A model generated the notes under the pieces. The model saw nothing but the letters and a program-made list of their open reading frames with translations. It was not told where the DNA came from and ran no database searches. Source: an uncultured Bacillota bacterium (lineage in GTDB: Bacteria; Sysuimicrobiota; Sysuimicrobiia; Sysuimicrobiales; Segetimicrobiaceae). Taken from it: 64,000 nt of DNA. Of this stretch, positions 61,675-64,000 are shown piece by piece (the first letter of the stretch is position 1; the number at the start of each line of letters is the position of its first letter). Made by a program: the position numbers and the translations under genes. The stretch is from the NCBI GenBank assembly GCA_963804645.1, contig CAWDRG010000017.1, positions 544,001-608,000 of the forward strand. The letters are read 5' to 3'.

Positions 61675-62703
61675 TTACGCGTAGACGTCCAGCGTGAGCG
61701 CACTGACGTCGGGATCCGGGCTCTCCTTGGCGAACGCCACCGCCGCTTCGATCTCCTGCGCCACGTCGGCCCGCAGCGCCTCCGCCGAGGCGGCGGTCAG
61801 GTGCTTGTGCGCGATCAGGGTCTGCTGAAGCTGCTCGATCGCATCCCGGGTCCGCCACGTGTCGACCTCGGCCTTGTCCCGGTAGTTGAGCGGATCGCCG
61901 ACGTGGTGCCCGAGGTACCGGTAGGTGACGCAGACGACGAGGGACGGCCCGTCCCCGGACCGCGCGCGCTCCACCGCCTCGCCGACGGTCCGGTAGACCG
62001 CGAGGACGTCCATCCCGTCGCAGCTCACGCCCGGGAAGCCGTACGAATCCGCGCGCACCGCCGGATCCGGGACCGACGTAAACCGGTCCGCCCGCGCCGA
62101 CATCGCGTACTGGTTGTTCTCGCAGATGTACACGACCGGCAGCTTCCAGATGCTCGCGAGGTTGGCCGCCTCGTGGAAGATCCCCTGGTTCAGGGCGCCG
62201 TCGCCGAAGAAGCACAGGACCACGTCGCCGCTCCCGGCGAGCTTCGCCGCGAGCGCCGCGCCGGTCGCCAGCCCGATGCCGGCGCCGACGATGCCGTTGG
62301 CGCCGAGGATCCCGGCGTCCACGTCGGCGATGTGCATCGACCCGCCCTTCCCCTTGCAGTACCCGGTCGCCTTGCCGAGCAGCTCGGCCATCATCAGCCG
62401 AGGGTCCCCGCCCTTCGCGAGACAGTGACCGTGGCCCCGGTGCGTGCTGGTGATCCGGTCGCCCGGATGCAGAACGCCGCAGGCGCCCACCGCGACCGCC
62501 TCCATCCCGATGTATGGATGGGTCGTGCCCCGCATCGCACCTTCGCGGTAGAGATCCAGCGCGCGCTCGTCGAACCGCCGGATGAGCAGCATGGTCCTCA
62601 GCATCGCGACAAGGCGGTCCGCGGTCAGCTCGGCCGGGATTCGCACCGCCGGGGCCGTCCGTGTGCCTTCCTTGCGCGTCTTCGATGCGCGTACCGCCGC
62701 CAT
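61675..62703 (-). CDS. TPP-dependent 2-oxoacid/acetoin dehydrogenase E1 alpha
   Basis: STHRGHGH, GKGGSMH, GANGIVG, FGDGA...ENN TPP motif, TYRYLGH. Confidence 0.94.
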   Translation of the reverse strand: MAAVRASKTRKEGTRTAPAVRIPAELTADRLVAMLRTMLLIRRFDERALDLYREGAMRGTTHPYIGMEAVAVGACGVLHPGDRITSTHRGHGHCLAKGGDPRLMMAELLGKATGYCKGKGGSMHIADVDAGILGANGIVGAGIGLATGAALAAKLAGSGDVVLCFFGDGALNQGIFHEAANLASIWKLPVVYICENNQYAMSARADRFTSVPDPAVRADSYGFPGVSCDGMDVLAVYRTVGEAVERARSGDGPSLVVCVTYRYLGHHVGDPLNYRDKAEVDTWRTRDAIEQLQQTLIAHKHLTAASAEALRADVAQEIEAAVAFAKESPDPDVSALTLDVYA

Positions 62704-62869
62704 GGTCACACCTCGGGCGCGCCGGCATCGGGGCCGGGCGCGCCCTCCGTGTTCGCTGGCGCGCACGGCAAACCCTACAGCCGCCGTCGGGGCAGGAATC
62801 GGGTCGCGTAGCGGCGCATTTTGCCAGACGGACGATCGACCTTCATCTCCACATCGAGGGACGCGCATT

Positions 62870-63894
<1,025 letters not shown>

Positions 63895-63895
<1 letters not shown>

Positions 63896-64000
63896 TGGCC
63901 ACGACCGTCGTCCTGCCGAAGCTGGGCCTCACGCAGGACGAGGGCACCATCGTCCGGTGGCTCAAGCGCGAGGGCAGCGCCGTCACCAAAGGCGAGCCGC
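63895..64000 (+). CDS. Lipoyl-domain protein (probably E2), N-terminus; runs off the window edge
   Basis: TGATG overlap with E1 beta; [35 protein letters not shown]. Confidence 0.88.

Noticed and set aside
62704..62869. Sigma54 promoter, as in aco operons
   Set aside because: No TGGC-N9-GC-type -24/-12 spacing found on either strand.

Overview
Very GC-rich, gene-dense bacterial DNA with no rRNA, tRNA, CRISPR array or mobile element that I can support. The left 7.4 kb is housekeeping-like: a partial acyl-CoA carboxyltransferase, a 445-aa protein ending in an Hfq/Sm domain, a GerMN protein, ligA, a SAM-I-riboswitch-controlled threonine-synthase-like + MoaD/CysO-type sulfur-carrier pair, and lgt. 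From about 10 to 56 kb lies a large catabolic island. It holds 7 family-5 ABC solute-binding proteins and 3 permease pairs but no ATPase. Its enzymes include 3 atypical gamma-glutamyltransferases, 2 M19 dipeptidases, an argininosuccinate-lyase-family lyase, 2 DAO-type flavoproteins, an opine dehydrogenase, several amidases, a split DUF3830 + cucumopine-synthase-C-like gene pair, 2 ceramidase-like hydrolases, a class-III aminotransferase and 2 enolase-superfamily enzymes, with one HutC/GntR regulator at a divergent junction. The right end has oxidoreductases, an orphan beta-class DNA methyltransferase, an S9-fold protein whose catalytic Asp and His appear replaced, and divergently arranged 2-oxoacid/acetoin dehydrogenase E1 alpha and E1 beta-E2 genes. 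Nine frameshifts in seven genes can each be fixed by removing one base from a short homopolymer and are probably sequencing errors. All family assignments come from motif recognition by eye; no database search was run.
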